Source of the DNA: a virus
Lineage: Duplodnaviria; Caudoviricetes
Reading direction: 5' to 3' (one strand)
IMG/VR virus record: IMGVR_UViG_3300021956_000017
Coordinates: 1-57,617 of that record
Length of the DNA stretch: 57,617 nt
Shown: piece after piece, positions 45,822 through 55,224 of the stretch
Layout of the letters: every line of letters starts with the position of its first letter
Position numbering within the stretch: position 1 is the first letter of the stretch
Program-made: the position numbers and the translations under genes
Notes under the pieces: model-generated
The model's input: the letters and a program-made list of their open reading frames with translations, nothing else
What the model was told of the DNA's origin: nothing
Database searches by the model: none

Positions 45822-46104
45822 AGAACACCGTCACACCGGTAACCGATGCGCTCAAAGCAAGATACAGCGTGCTGCTGAACTTAATCCCCTCACCGGGGAT
45901 GTCGAATGTGTACGTGTTGGGGTTGGTGTTGCTGGCAATGTCAATTTCCAACAAAATCGTTCCTGACGAACCCCCATCTTTGAACTGCACGGTCGCAGCG
46001 GTACTTGCTGCTGGGCAAATAATCAAGCCCTTTAGCCGTGTCGGCCCATTAAAAAGCGTGCCCGCTGCGCTTGCATGAGCACTCTTAACGTCTGTCTGTT
46101 GCAT
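45814..46104 (-). CDS. small beta-rich virion protein
   Basis: QTDVKS, GPTRLKG, IPGEGI.F, VTVFYG; AGGAG SD. Confidence 0.75.
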   Translation of the reverse strand: MQQTDVKSAHASAAGTLFNGPTRLKGLIICPAASTAATVQFKDGGSSGTILLEIDIASNTNPNTYTFDIPGEGIKFSSTLYLALSASVTGVTVFYG

Positions 46105-46119
46105 AACTAATCTCCTATG

Positions 46120-46139
46120 AAACAGGGGCCGAAGCCCCC
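46120..46139 (-). terminator. UUCG-tetraloop hairpin / weak intrinsic terminator
   Basis: Minus strand GGGGC-TTCG-GCCCC-TGTTT just after the stop at 46148. Confidence 0.6.
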
Positions 46140-46147
46140 GAGACTAA

Positions 46148-46639
46148 TTACTGCTGGTTGGCAGGAGGCGACATGTTGCCGCTGGAATCCTTGACGATGT
46201 ACTGCACGGTAATCTGTGCTGCACCGCCGCTGGCTGTACCTGCGCAAGCATAGATGAATTGCAGAATCAGGTCGGTTGAACCCACGTTCAGAAGGGTAGC
46301 CATGTTCGTTCCCGACAGCGTGACGGTTGCGCGGCCCACAGCCAAAGGAGTCGTGGTAGCGCCGCCAACGGTAGCCAATGAAGTGCCGCCCGAAGTCTGA
46401 ACAGTGATGGTGTTTCCGGTCGTGCCAGCAAATGCGGTAGTGATGTCACAGAAGATGTTGGTAATCTGTGCGCCTGCGGGGATGACCGCAAAGGTCGTGG
46501 CAGTCGTGGTGCTAACCGTCAGTGAGCCGGTTTGGCAGACTTGGGTAGCGCCTGTGTTCTGGATGGTTCCAGCGGTAGTACCAGTGGTATTTTTGACCGT
46601 GCCCAAAAGCCACGGGCCGAGATGAGTTGCGAATCCCAT
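46148..46639 (-). CDS. capsid decoration / cement-like protein
   Basis: Thr/Gly-rich beta protein, IPAGAQI..I..D...AF; immediately downstream of MCP. Confidence 0.65.
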   Translation of the reverse strand: MGFATHLGPWLLGTVKNTTGTTAGTIQNTGATQVCQTGSLTVSTTTATTFAVIPAGAQITNIFCDITTAFAGTTGNTITVQTSGGTSLATVGGATTTPLAVGRATVTLSGTNMATLLNVGSTDLILQFIYACAGTASGGAAQITVQYIVKDSSGNMSPPANQQ

Positions 46640-46646
46640 GATAAAT

Positions 46647-46722
46647 CCTCACATACAAGTGGAGCGCATCAATCGGTATGTCGTCCAGCCGGGACTGGTT
46701 TGATACGCCGGTAACCCCGGAA
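46647..46722 (-). ncRNA. structured RNA downstream of MCP (candidate Mu-gpT-DE-like motif)
   Basis: Four complementary segments forming two pseudoknots; position downstream of a Mu-gpT-family MCP. Confidence 0.6.
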
Positions 46723-46740
46723 TGATTGCAATATACACCA

Positions 46741-46771
46741 AAAAGAAAAGGGGCACAAGGCCCCTTTTCTC
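46741..46771 (-). terminator. intrinsic terminator after MCP
   Basis: Minus strand AGAAAAGGGGC-CTTGT-GCCCCTTTTCT followed by a T run. Confidence 0.8.
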
Positions 46772-46778
46772 AGTCCTT

Positions 46779-47690
46779 TTAGGACGAACCGGGAGAACCA
46801 AAAATTCCCAGCGGGTCAGACCAGCCGAACGAATAACGCTCACGAGCCTTGTAACGGACGTTACCAGTATCGAAGTCGCCATCCATCGAAGTGGCCATAG
46901 GCGTACGCACGAAGTGCTTCAGCCCGTTAGGCACGTCAGTGGTCAGATACCAGCCATTGCTGTCTGTCAAGAAGTGGTTGACAGTGTAGCCTTCAGGAAT
47001 CGAACCATTGTTCTTCAGTGCGTTGATGTCGTTGTCGGTAGTACCAACACGCAGGCTGGTTTCCAACAGACGAGTAGCAACGAACATCAGAGACGGGGGA
47101 ACAATCAGCTTGCGGGGCTTGGCTGCAATCAGCAGGCCCTTCTCATCCGTCCAAGCGGCGATTTGGATGACGGCGGCTTCCAAGGAAGTCTCGTTCAAAT
47201 CAGCGCCAGTGGTCGGGCGATTGCTGTTGGTTCCGCCATTGACCAGCGGGTGAGCAGTGCTGAACAACGAAACGCCGTCGCCGCCAATGTAGTTGGCAGA
47301 GAAACCGTTGTTGATAACAGCAGCAGCTTTAACCTGCTTGGTGTACGCCATACCGCGTGCCAAAGCCTTGGTGTAGCGGGCAGACAGACTGTCGTACAGG
47401 TTGTCTTCCACAGCTTCCTCGGTGATGGAGAAGCCCAGCGCAATGGTTTCGTGGTTGTAACGGGAAGTGAAGGCTTCCTGCGCATTGTCATAAGCAATGG
47501 CTTGGCCCTCGTTCTTCACCGGTGCAGCACCGAATCCAGCGAGCTTGGTTTCTTCTTCAAAGCTACGCTCCGATTTCTCGGTCTCGTAGATTTCCTTGTG
47601 CTCTTCGCCATAGCGGGCGTATTCAAGTCCGTACAGAGCGTTCAGACCCGGAAGGAGTTCCTTCAATAGTTGTGCGCGTGAAATAGCCAT
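46779..47690 (-). CDS. major capsid protein (HK97 fold, Mu gpT-like family)
   Basis: MAISRAQLLKELLPGLNAL.GLEY, ITEEAVEDNLY, GDGVSLFSTAHP, KLIVPP, DFDTGNVRYKARERYSFG. Confidence 0.92.
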   Translation of the reverse strand: MAISRAQLLKELLPGLNALYGLEYARYGEEHKEIYETEKSERSFEEETKLAGFGAAPVKNEGQAIAYDNAQEAFTSRYNHETIALGFSITEEAVEDNLYDSLSARYTKALARGMAYTKQVKAAAVINNGFSANYIGGDGVSLFSTAHPLVNGGTNSNRPTTGADLNETSLEAAVIQIAAWTDEKGLLIAAKPRKLIVPPSLMFVATRLLETSLRVGTTDNDINALKNNGSIPEGYTVNHFLTDSNGWYLTTDVPNGLKHFVRTPMATSMDGDFDTGNVRYKARERYSFGWSDPLGIFGSPGSS

Positions 47691-47701
47691 GATTTAGCTC
47701 C

Positions 47702-48535
47702 TTATGCACCGGTTGCGGAATAGTAACCGTGCAGACCTTGGTTCAATTTAACCAAGATTTCGGGGTACTGGGTGAAGACGACGGTCGAGCTGTAAACACC
47801 CGAGTTGATTGTGAAGCTTGCGGCTTGGTCCAGCACAACGGAGGTTGCGCCAGCGGCTGCTGCGGTTGCCACAAAAGAACCCGTCTGTGCAACTTGACCA
47901 CTGGTGGTCAACACAGAAACGTCCGTACCAACGGGCAGTGCGTAAGGCAGTGCACTCACGGTCAGGGTAGTAGTACCCGTGCTGTAAGTAGCAGTACCCA
48001 AAGCAACTGCGGTATCAGGCACAACGCCAACCATGCGCAAAGGCAGAGTGGTGGTGACCGGAGTAGCCGTAGGAGCCAGAATCGCGTTGGCCGAATTGCC
48101 AGTGTTGACGCTGCCGGTGTTGTTGATGGCTGACAGGTTAGTGCCAATCATCGCCAGAGCGCCCGAAGCAACGGTAGTACCGGAGCTGCAAACAACCGCC
48201 TTGAACACGGCATCAGGGTCATCCAAGATGTAGGCTTGGCAATCACCGGCGGCGGTGCTTGCGGGCCAATACTGGGAGAACAACTTTTGCTTAGTTGTGG
48301 GGTTGGTGTAGGTGCAACCCAAGAAAATACCGACGGTCTGGTTCAGACCAGTGCCAGTAGAAACCGAGGCGCGTGTGGCAAAGCCACGGGATAGAACCAC
48401 GAAATCTCCGTAGAAGATGCTGGTCGCGTAACCGTACTGGATGTTGTACATGCGGGTAGAACCTGCAAATACTTGACCACCAATAAGGTTCTGCGGCAAC
48501 AGTCCGTACGGAGCTGATACGACAGGATATGCCAT
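47702..48535 (-). CDS. minor capsid / cement protein
   Basis: APYGL.P, IFYGD.V, GIFLGCTY, DDPD..F; directly upstream of MCP. Confidence 0.7.
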   Translation of the reverse strand: MAYPVVSAPYGLLPQNLIGGQVFAGSTRMYNIQYGYATSIFYGDFVVLSRGFATRASVSTGTGLNQTVGIFLGCTYTNPTTKQKLFSQYWPASTAAGDCQAYILDDPDAVFKAVVCSSGTTVASGALAMIGTNLSAINNTGSVNTGNSANAILAPTATPVTTTLPLRMVGVVPDTAVALGTATYSTGTTTLTVSALPYALPVGTDVSVLTTSGQVAQTGSFVATAAAAGATSVVLDQAASFTINSGVYSSTVVFTQYPEILVKLNQGLHGYYSATGA

Positions 48536-48548
48536 GAAAAACTCCTAT

Positions 48549-48995
48549 TTATTTAAGACCAAGACCAAAACCGCCACGCGTTGAACTGGATTTTCTTTCC
48601 GAGAACAACGGCATGCGCGGGTCATTCTGACGCAAAAAGCTATTGTCTACCGAGTCCATCTGTTGCTGTGCTTGTCCGTTGTAGTACTCAGCCATAGCTT
48701 CTACGTTCTCGGTCGGCTGTTTGCAAAGCATCAGCCCTCCGATTTCGATGTTGCCTGTCTTTTCGTTGCCGGTTAGCATCATTTCAGGGTAATCCACTGC
48801 CTTACACGGTTCCCATCCGTCACGCAATTTACGCGACACATTGGTAGGGTCAGACTGCCCTAGGATGTGTGTCGCAATCCAGCGGTGCGTCATACCGGGG
48901 ATTGGGTCGGGGTCAGGCAGAGTACTGGACGGTCGATAGACCTTACGCACAGATTTTTCGCGGGAAACAAGGTCACGGGATTCACGAGTTGCCAT
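48549..48995 (-). CDS. conserved head-module protein
   Basis: LPDP.P.PG..HRWI, KLRDGWEP, IGGLMLCK.P. Confidence 0.75.
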   Translation of the reverse strand: MATRESRDLVSREKSVRKVYRPSSTLPDPDPIPGMTHRWIATHILGQSDPTNVSRKLRDGWEPCKAVDYPEMMLTGNEKTGNIEIGGLMLCKQPTENVEAMAEYYNGQAQQQMDSVDNSFLRQNDPRMPLFSERKSSSTRGGFGLGLK

Positions 48996-48999
48996 AATA

Positions 49000-49944
49000 T
49001 TAAGACTCCAATTTTGCTACTTGAGCAGCGTACTGCTGCGGGGTTAATCCAAACTTCTTGGCCAACGCAAGCGCTGACGGCGTAATCTGAATTTTCTTTG
49101 GCCCTGACGAACGGGTCGCTGGGGCTACCACGGATGCTGGACGCTGACTCCTTTCACTTTGGGGCTTTTCACTCCGGCTACTCCCGAACACTTCGGGAAA
49201 TTTGCTTCTGACACTATTGTCAATCTGCGCGTAGTACTCATCACTTTGCGGGTCAATGCCCGAGTTCACTAGCTTTTGATGCAACCCTAGTGCGTAGTTG
49301 GATACATCCTCGAACCCCTCAGAACCGAACCACTGGTTTTTTGCTTGCCAGCGCAAGGATTTTTGGTCAGGTTTTCCCTGTGGGGCCACAGGTTGTTGCG
49401 TTTGTACACTATCGCTGTACGTTTGTAAAGGGGCCGGGCGGAAGCTTTTTGCCCGCTCCAAGTTGAACTTGGCGTCGGTCATGGCTTCCTGAGCGGCAAT
49501 GATGGCGTCCGTGTCAAAGGCTTCTTGCGCTTCCTTGTACTGACGGCGGGCTTTTTCCATCTCGGCTTCCGCAGCGGACAGGCCGGAGGCAGCAATCTGC
49601 TTTGTGCCTTGCTCGACGTAGCCCTTGAGCTGTTTGTTCTCGTCCAACAAAGCTTGGGCCAGCCGCTCCAGCTCCTGCTTTTCCCGCAGGGTGGACTCTT
49701 TGGCGCGGCGTTCGTCGTGCCGTGCGTGGGTCAGCTTCTTGATGCGCTCTTGGACTTTGGAGCTGTAGGTCTCCAGTTCTTCGTCCGTGGGGTCTTCGAC
49801 CGGCTCTTCCAGCTTTTGACGACCGCGGTCTTGCTCCGGGGTATCGTCTACGACTTCGACTTCAATGTCGGTGTCGCCGGTTTCAATGTCAACGGTGACG
49901 GTTTTTTCGTCTTCAATCTCGTCGGGAAATTTGAATTCAGACAT
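49000..49944 (-). CDS. putative capsid scaffolding protein
   Basis: Acidic N-terminus, long coiled coil, W...N.WFG, C-terminal LAKKFGLTPQQYA helix; between portal and MCP. Confidence 0.75.
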   Translation of the reverse strand: MSEFKFPDEIEDEKTVTVDIETGDTDIEVEVVDDTPEQDRGRQKLEEPVEDPTDEELETYSSKVQERIKKLTHARHDERRAKESTLREKQELERLAQALLDENKQLKGYVEQGTKQIAASGLSAAEAEMEKARRQYKEAQEAFDTDAIIAAQEAMTDAKFNLERAKSFRPAPLQTYSDSVQTQQPVAPQGKPDQKSLRWQAKNQWFGSEGFEDVSNYALGLHQKLVNSGIDPQSDEYYAQIDNSVRSKFPEVFGSSRSEKPQSERSQRPASVVAPATRSSGPKKIQITPSALALAKKFGLTPQQYAAQVAKLES

Positions 49945-50365
49945 GGGTGATTCCTCTCGGGTCTTGCACAACACCTTCAACTTGGTCGTCGTTGATTAAG
50001 CGCATCTCGCGCCCGTACATCTTGAACCGTGTGCCTGCATACGTACGGGTAAGTACGAAATCGCCTTCCTTGCACCAAGGGCCTGTTGGGAACTTGGATT
50101 TGTCGGAGTAGGCATCAGGGCCAACCTTGACCACAAACAAAACCGCCGTGGTCAGCTCTTCTCGCTTCATCATGTCTTTCGGCTTGACAAGGTTTGTGCC
50201 TTGAATCAGCTCTTCGACTTCAGGCAAGAAGCACAACAGCTTGTACCCAGACGGGTCGGGTAGCTGCTTGGCTTTTTCCGCATCCGTCAGCGTTTCGTCA
50301 GGGACTTCCGCTGTTTGGATGGGCTGGGGCATTTCTACCCCCGGAGGCAAGAGGATGTCACTCAT
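49937..50365 (-). CDS. groES: GroES-like co-chaperonin
   Basis: P.GYKLL, VVKVGPDAY, CKEGDFV..YAGTR..G.E.RLINDD.V.GVV. Confidence 0.85.
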   Translation of the reverse strand: MSDILLPPGVEMPQPIQTAEVPDETLTDAEKAKQLPDPSGYKLLCFLPEVEELIQGTNLVKPKDMMKREELTTAVLFVVKVGPDAYSDKSKFPTGPWCKEGDFVLTRTYAGTRFKMYGREMRLINDDQVEGVVQDPRGITHV

Positions 50366-50552
50366 CGTTGTTTTCAACTTTCTTCAGCAGGGCCAACAGG
50401 TAGGACTCTGCGGTGGCTAGGCCCTGTATCACCCCGCAAAGTTTTTGGTACTCTTCAAAAGACCGACAGGCCCCACCAGCCATGTGGTCCGCGTAGTTGT
50501 TCATGTCTTCGCGTATTTGCGCGTTCAGTACGTGTGCAAAATCTTGAATCAT
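50358..50552 (-). CDS. small conserved head-module protein
   Basis: SFEEYQKLCGVIQGL. Confidence 0.75.
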   Translation of the reverse strand: MIQDFAHVLNAQIREDMNNYADHMAGGACRSFEEYQKLCGVIQGLATAESYLLALLKKVENNDE

Positions 50553-53065
50553 TCTTCAGTCTCCGTTGGTGTAGTTTGTTGTGTTTGCATCGCTTGGTCT
50601 TTTGCAATCTGCGCACCCAGCTTGACCCCTGCGTGCTCTTGGTCAAATTTCTGCTGGGCTTGTTTCTCCCGGATGGAAGCTCCGACCTTTACGCCCTCCA
50701 ACTGCATGCGTGCAGCAGCTTCTTCTTTGCGTGCGTTGTTGATGTCCGCTTTGGCCGCTGCCTCCATCACCATGCGTTGCTTCTCCAGCTCCAGCTTGGC
50801 TTGCTCAATTGCAAAGTCCTGCTGCACCTTCTGCGCCTCCAACTGCAAGCTGCCCTGCTTGAGCTGCAACTCCTGCTGCTGCATCACCACCATCGGGTCT
50901 TGGGCTTGTTGTTGCGCTTGCTGTTGTTGTGCCTGCTGCTGGTTTACCTGCAACGCCTGCTGCGCGGCTTGCGCCATCATGCTGGACAACGCCTGCTCAA
51001 TCTGCGGCGGCAAGTCTTCGTCCTCGGGCGGTAGGGCCAAGCCCAACTGCGCCTCAATCTGTTTGCGGTACTGGTAGCCCGCGTGCTCGGCAACGTGCGC
51101 CATGAGCGCGGCTTGGATGACCGGAGCCTTGGGGTTCTGACCAATGCTGGCTGCAATCATGGGGTCTTGCATCATCGACATGTGCACCGCGATATGCGCC
51201 TGATGGTCTTGGTTCAGGAATGCCTTCACCGGGTCGCCTTTGAGGAGCGACATGTTCTCGGTCACCGGGTCGCGTGGCTTCTGGTCTTCCGGCAGGGGAA
51301 CCAACTTGTCGGCGTTCTTGATGCCCAGAATCTCCAGCATGTTGCGGTGCAACTGGGGCATGTTGTAGATGTCAGGCGACGCCTGTGCCATCTGCATGAC
51401 CGCTTGGTACTGGACGACCCGCTGGCTCATGGTGGCCGCGTTGGGGTCGCTGACCGGAATCACGTCCACATGGTCGTAGTCCTCACGTTTGGCCGTGGGT
51501 GCGCCAATGTCGGGCTGGTAGTCGTACGCTGGCTCCGTGTAGTCACGGATGATTGCCGCCAGCAGCCGCAGCTCCTGCTTGAATGTGTAGTGCAGCCGGG
51601 CCTGAACCGCCGACATCACCTTGAGCTGGCGCTCCAGCAAGGCCAGCGTAGTGCCCACCGGGGCTTGCCCCGACATGTCGCTAATCTTCATGTCCGCCGT
51701 GGACGCGAACCTTCTACCTTCTTCTACGATGTTATTCAGCAAAGTGTATAGAACTTGGCTGGGCTCTTTGTACGGCAGGGGCAGGATGTTGTCGCGCAGC
51801 GCACCGGAGCCAATGTCTACGTCGCGGAACTCGCCCGGCTGGATGGGAGTGTCGTCTCCCTTGATGCGCAGGCCACGGGACTTCAGACCACCGGGCAAGT
51901 TGGACAGCGTGCCTGCATCCACCAACTGACGCATGATGCTGGTCGCGCTCTTGGCAAACCCGCCGATGAGGTGGAACAGCCCGAACCCGTACGCGCCAAA
52001 GCCGGGGATGTACTGGTAGTGCACAAAGTGCTGGCGTTTTAGCTTGAGAGGGTCGTCCTCCAGCCAGTTGCGACGAATGGCCAGCACATCGTTGCTGCCC
52101 TTAATCATCGTCACCACGTACGGCAGCGCAATGCCGGTCATGCCTTCTTTGTCTTCGTCCTCGAATCCTGTAATGTCCAAATCCACATGGACTTCATAGA
52201 CCGTGTACCGGTCGTCGTTGATGTCGCTGAAGCCGGTCTCTTTGTCCTTGGCCTGCTTGATGTCGCTACGGTCTTTGTCTGTCTCGGGCAGCTCAATGTC
52301 GCGGTAGAACCCCGCTTTCTGGAGCTTGATGATTTCGTTCTCAGTCTTGCGCATGACGTGCGTGATGCGGTAGCACGTATCCAAGTCGGTCGTCCCGTAC
52401 GGCAGGATGATGTCCTCTGCCGGTATGAACATGGAGACCTGACGCCCAAGACTGGGGTCAAAATAGATTTTCTTGAACGCTGAACCCGTAGCAGGTAGGC
52501 TCCACAGCATGCGCTCTTGCTCGGGCCGGAACTCCCGCATGACTTCGGTCAGCTCATAGTTCATGTCAGCCTCGACCCGTTGCGCCGCCTCAAGTTTCTC
52601 GGGAGTCTCTTTACCCACAATCTTTGTACGTACAGGCCCTTGCGCTGGGAACATCTCTGTGATGGTCTCCGACTGGAAGCGCACCACAGCCTCGGTAATC
52701 ATGGGGTGGAACACGCCGCTGGCGCCTTGCCACGGCTCCGTGCGGTCTTCGTACTGCAAGCCCAGCAGCTTGATGCCCTCGGTGTACGCTTTCTCCCAGT
52801 CCTTGCGGCTGGCTTTGTCGTTGTCAATGTCGTTGGACAGGTCGCTTGCAAGCTCCTGCAAGTCCCCGTCGTCCATCAGGTCGGCCAAGTTTGCGCCAAA
52901 GTCGTCCATGTTGTCGCCGGGGCGGATGGAAAGGTCAAGGTCTCCGGCGTGGATGTTGACTTCTTCGGGGTCAACAATCTCAATCTCGATGGGTTCTTCG
53001 TCCCCGGCAAGGTCGTCCATGCCAAGCGGTGCTTGATATAACCCTTTGTCCACATTGGTAGCCAT
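50549..53065 (-). CDS. portal protein (P22-like)
   Basis: SRKDWE, HPMITEAVVRFQ, GSAFKK, GFGL, RQLVDAGTLSN, Gln-rich C-terminal barrel; follows terL. Confidence 0.9.
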   Translation of the reverse strand: MATNVDKGLYQAPLGMDDLAGDEEPIEIEIVDPEEVNIHAGDLDLSIRPGDNMDDFGANLADLMDDGDLQELASDLSNDIDNDKASRKDWEKAYTEGIKLLGLQYEDRTEPWQGASGVFHPMITEAVVRFQSETITEMFPAQGPVRTKIVGKETPEKLEAAQRVEADMNYELTEVMREFRPEQERMLWSLPATGSAFKKIYFDPSLGRQVSMFIPAEDIILPYGTTDLDTCYRITHVMRKTENEIIKLQKAGFYRDIELPETDKDRSDIKQAKDKETGFSDINDDRYTVYEVHVDLDITGFEDEDKEGMTGIALPYVVTMIKGSNDVLAIRRNWLEDDPLKLKRQHFVHYQYIPGFGAYGFGLFHLIGGFAKSATSIMRQLVDAGTLSNLPGGLKSRGLRIKGDDTPIQPGEFRDVDIGSGALRDNILPLPYKEPSQVLYTLLNNIVEEGRRFASTADMKISDMSGQAPVGTTLALLERQLKVMSAVQARLHYTFKQELRLLAAIIRDYTEPAYDYQPDIGAPTAKREDYDHVDVIPVSDPNAATMSQRVVQYQAVMQMAQASPDIYNMPQLHRNMLEILGIKNADKLVPLPEDQKPRDPVTENMSLLKGDPVKAFLNQDHQAHIAVHMSMMQDPMIAASIGQNPKAPVIQAALMAHVAEHAGYQYRKQIEAQLGLALPPEDEDLPPQIEQALSSMMAQAAQQALQVNQQQAQQQQAQQQAQDPMVVMQQQELQLKQGSLQLEAQKVQQDFAIEQAKLELEKQRMVMEAAAKADINNARKEEAAARMQLEGVKVGASIREKQAQQKFDQEHAGVKLGAQIAKDQAMQTQQTTPTETEE

Positions 53066-53076
53066 ACTTATTTCTT

Positions 53077-54618
53077 TCAGTAGTATGCGGCTGCACGCCG
53101 CCTAAAAATTTTCGGCTCATCCTTCTCATCGGAGTCCAACGGGATGAAGCCGCCTTGTCGATAGCGCAGCAGGGCTTGGGTTGTCGTGTCCACGTAGTCG
53201 TCGTTCTCCCCCACCGGGAAAGCCGCAATCTCTTCAATCACCTCACGCGCCCAGCGTGTATCGGGAGCCCACACTTTACCTGATGTGAACAAGTCGGCCA
53301 CCGCGTTGACACGCACCATCTTGTCGTTGCCGCGGCTGGGGCTGAACTCTTGGACCGGGATGCCCATCTGGCGCAGTTCTTGGATGAGCGGTGCACCAGC
53401 GGCTTTCTTCTCCACGATGAACGCGTCGGGCTCCCACTCTTTGTAGTGCCGCAGCGCAACTTGCTTGAGTTCGGGGAATGCCATGCGGTCTTTGAACGCG
53501 TCCAGCAGAATGATTTGGGGCGTGTTGCCCTCTTCCTCGTTGTACCAAACGCCCCACGTCGTGCAGGCACTGTAGTCAGACGTGTTCTTGGTCTCAAACG
53601 CCGTGTCCCAGCTCTGGAGGACGTATTCACACTGGGGCGGGTCTTCTGCCGTCCAAATCCGCCAGCTCTTGCGGGAAATCAGCGCCGAGTTGTCCATTGT
53701 CGGCTGCTGCATGTACTGGGCGTTCCAATACCGGGGGTCAATGCTGGCCTTGGTGGCTTTCAGGGACTCTAGCGTCCACTGCTCGGGCCAGAGAGACTTC
53801 TCCTGCGGCGTGTCTTCGTTCAGGATGGCTGGAAGCTCCACGATTTCCCACGGAATCGACTCGGGATTCTTGGTTTGGTACGTCAGTAAGCGCCCTGTCA
53901 GGTCCAGCAGCGACCAACGGGTCATCACGATGATGATTGCCCCGCCCGGCATCAGCCGTTGCAGCGGCCCGGTCTGCATCCACGACCACGCAGTGTCAAA
54001 CGCAAGGCGGCTGTTGGCTTTTACGTCCTGCTCAGAGTGCGGGTCGTCGATTACAAACAAATCCGCGCCGCGCCCGGCCAGTGCACCACCCACACCGGCA
54101 GCGTAGTACTGGCCTCCAGCCCCGGTTGACCATTTACCCGCAGCTTTTTGGTCGGCTGCGACCCGCGTATCGGGAAAAATGGCGTTGTAGTCCTCGCTGT
54201 CCAGCAGATTTCGCACCCGGCGACCATAATCCTCCGACAAACCCGCCGTGTGGGTGGCCATGATGATTTTTTTGTCGGGGTACTTGCCTAAAAAATAGGC
54301 AGGAAACAGGTAGGAACTGAATTCGGACTTGCCCATACGGGGTGCAATGTTGATGATGACGCGTTTTTTGCGCCCTTCAATCACGTCCGTGAAGATTTTG
54401 GCCAGCTTACGGTGGTGTGCGCCGATTTTGAAGCCCGGATAGACCGCCGTGGCAAAGCCCAGCATGTTATGTTGCGCTGCAGCAAGTGACACGCGCTTCT
54501 CTCGCACCTCCAAATCGTTGAACAGCTCCATCTTTTCTTGGAGTGTCATGGTCGGCAGCGCCTTCATCAGCGCTTCCAGCTCCTGTTTGTTCAGCGATGT
54601 GAGGATTTCAGGCGTCAT
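53077..54618 (-). CDS. terL: terminase large subunit
   Basis: APRMGKS Walker A, GRGADL.VIDDP Walker B, MTRW, QYMQQP, SWDTA, IVEKKA.G, NDDYVD. Confidence 0.95.
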   Translation of the reverse strand: MTPEILTSLNKQELEALMKALPTMTLQEKMELFNDLEVREKRVSLAAAQHNMLGFATAVYPGFKIGAHHRKLAKIFTDVIEGRKKRVIINIAPRMGKSEFSSYLFPAYFLGKYPDKKIIMATHTAGLSEDYGRRVRNLLDSEDYNAIFPDTRVAADQKAAGKWSTGAGGQYYAAGVGGALAGRGADLFVIDDPHSEQDVKANSRLAFDTAWSWMQTGPLQRLMPGGAIIIVMTRWSLLDLTGRLLTYQTKNPESIPWEIVELPAILNEDTPQEKSLWPEQWTLESLKATKASIDPRYWNAQYMQQPTMDNSALISRKSWRIWTAEDPPQCEYVLQSWDTAFETKNTSDYSACTTWGVWYNEEEGNTPQIILLDAFKDRMAFPELKQVALRHYKEWEPDAFIVEKKAAGAPLIQELRQMGIPVQEFSPSRGNDKMVRVNAVADLFTSGKVWAPDTRWAREVIEEIAAFPVGENDDYVDTTTQALLRYRQGGFIPLDSDEKDEPKIFRRRAAAYY

Positions 54619-55180
54619 TGGAAAGAACGGCTTCCTGAATATCGACTACGCCCATGAACCGATTGAGCTTTTCCTTGATGCGCTGCTCCAACTCGGTGTC
54701 GGTGAGCGATTCTTTCTGGACTTCAATCTTGTCGGTGAACAATCCCACCTCGGTCACCTTGCCAAGTAGGCCGAGCGCCTTGAGGCGGATGTTTGCGTTG
54801 GGGTTTTGGGTTTCTTCCACCAGTTTGGCGACGGTGTAGCCGCGCAGTTCTTTGGCTTGGTGGATGAACTCCCAGTCGTAAGCAGTCAGCATTCCCACCA
54901 GATGTTGCACCGCAGCAGGCGTCTTGACCTGTGCCAGCGCAGTGTGGGTAATTTCTTCCGGTGATGCGGAAACCAGATTTGCAAAGGTCTCTTGCGCGGC
55001 TTTGGTGTCAAGTGCAGTTGCCAGCTCTGTGCTGTCTACCGCGCCCATCTGCTTCAGCCAGTCGGTGGTATTGATTTTGGCGTTGAGCAAAGCTGTGGGG
55101 TCAGCCTTCCTTACCGCTTCCACTGGGCGTGGGCGGTTGGGGAGAATCTCCGGGTCGAAATCAATCAGGTGTTCAAACAT
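54608..55180 (-). CDS. putative terminase small subunit
   Basis: Directly upstream of terL; RLKALGLLGK..VGLFT.K.EV. Confidence 0.7.
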   Translation of the reverse strand: MFEHLIDFDPEILPNRPRPVEAVRKADPTALLNAKINTTDWLKQMGAVDSTELATALDTKAAQETFANLVSASPEEITHTALAQVKTPAAVQHLVGMLTAYDWEFIHQAKELRGYTVAKLVEETQNPNANIRLKALGLLGKVTEVGLFTDKIEVQKESLTDTELEQRIKEKLNRFMGVVDIQEAVLSNDA

Positions 55181-55189
55181 GCGTAGGTA

Positions 55190-55218
55190 TTGTGACCTCG
55201 TTGGACACAGTGTATACT
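55190..55218 (+). promoter_or_regulatory. sigma70-type promoter
   Basis: TTGTGA-17 nt-TATACT. Confidence 0.55.
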
Positions 55219-55224
55219 ACTTCT

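Noticed and set aside
46722-47669. 315-aa + strand ORF
   Set aside because: Antisense shadow of the major capsid gene; no motifs or SD
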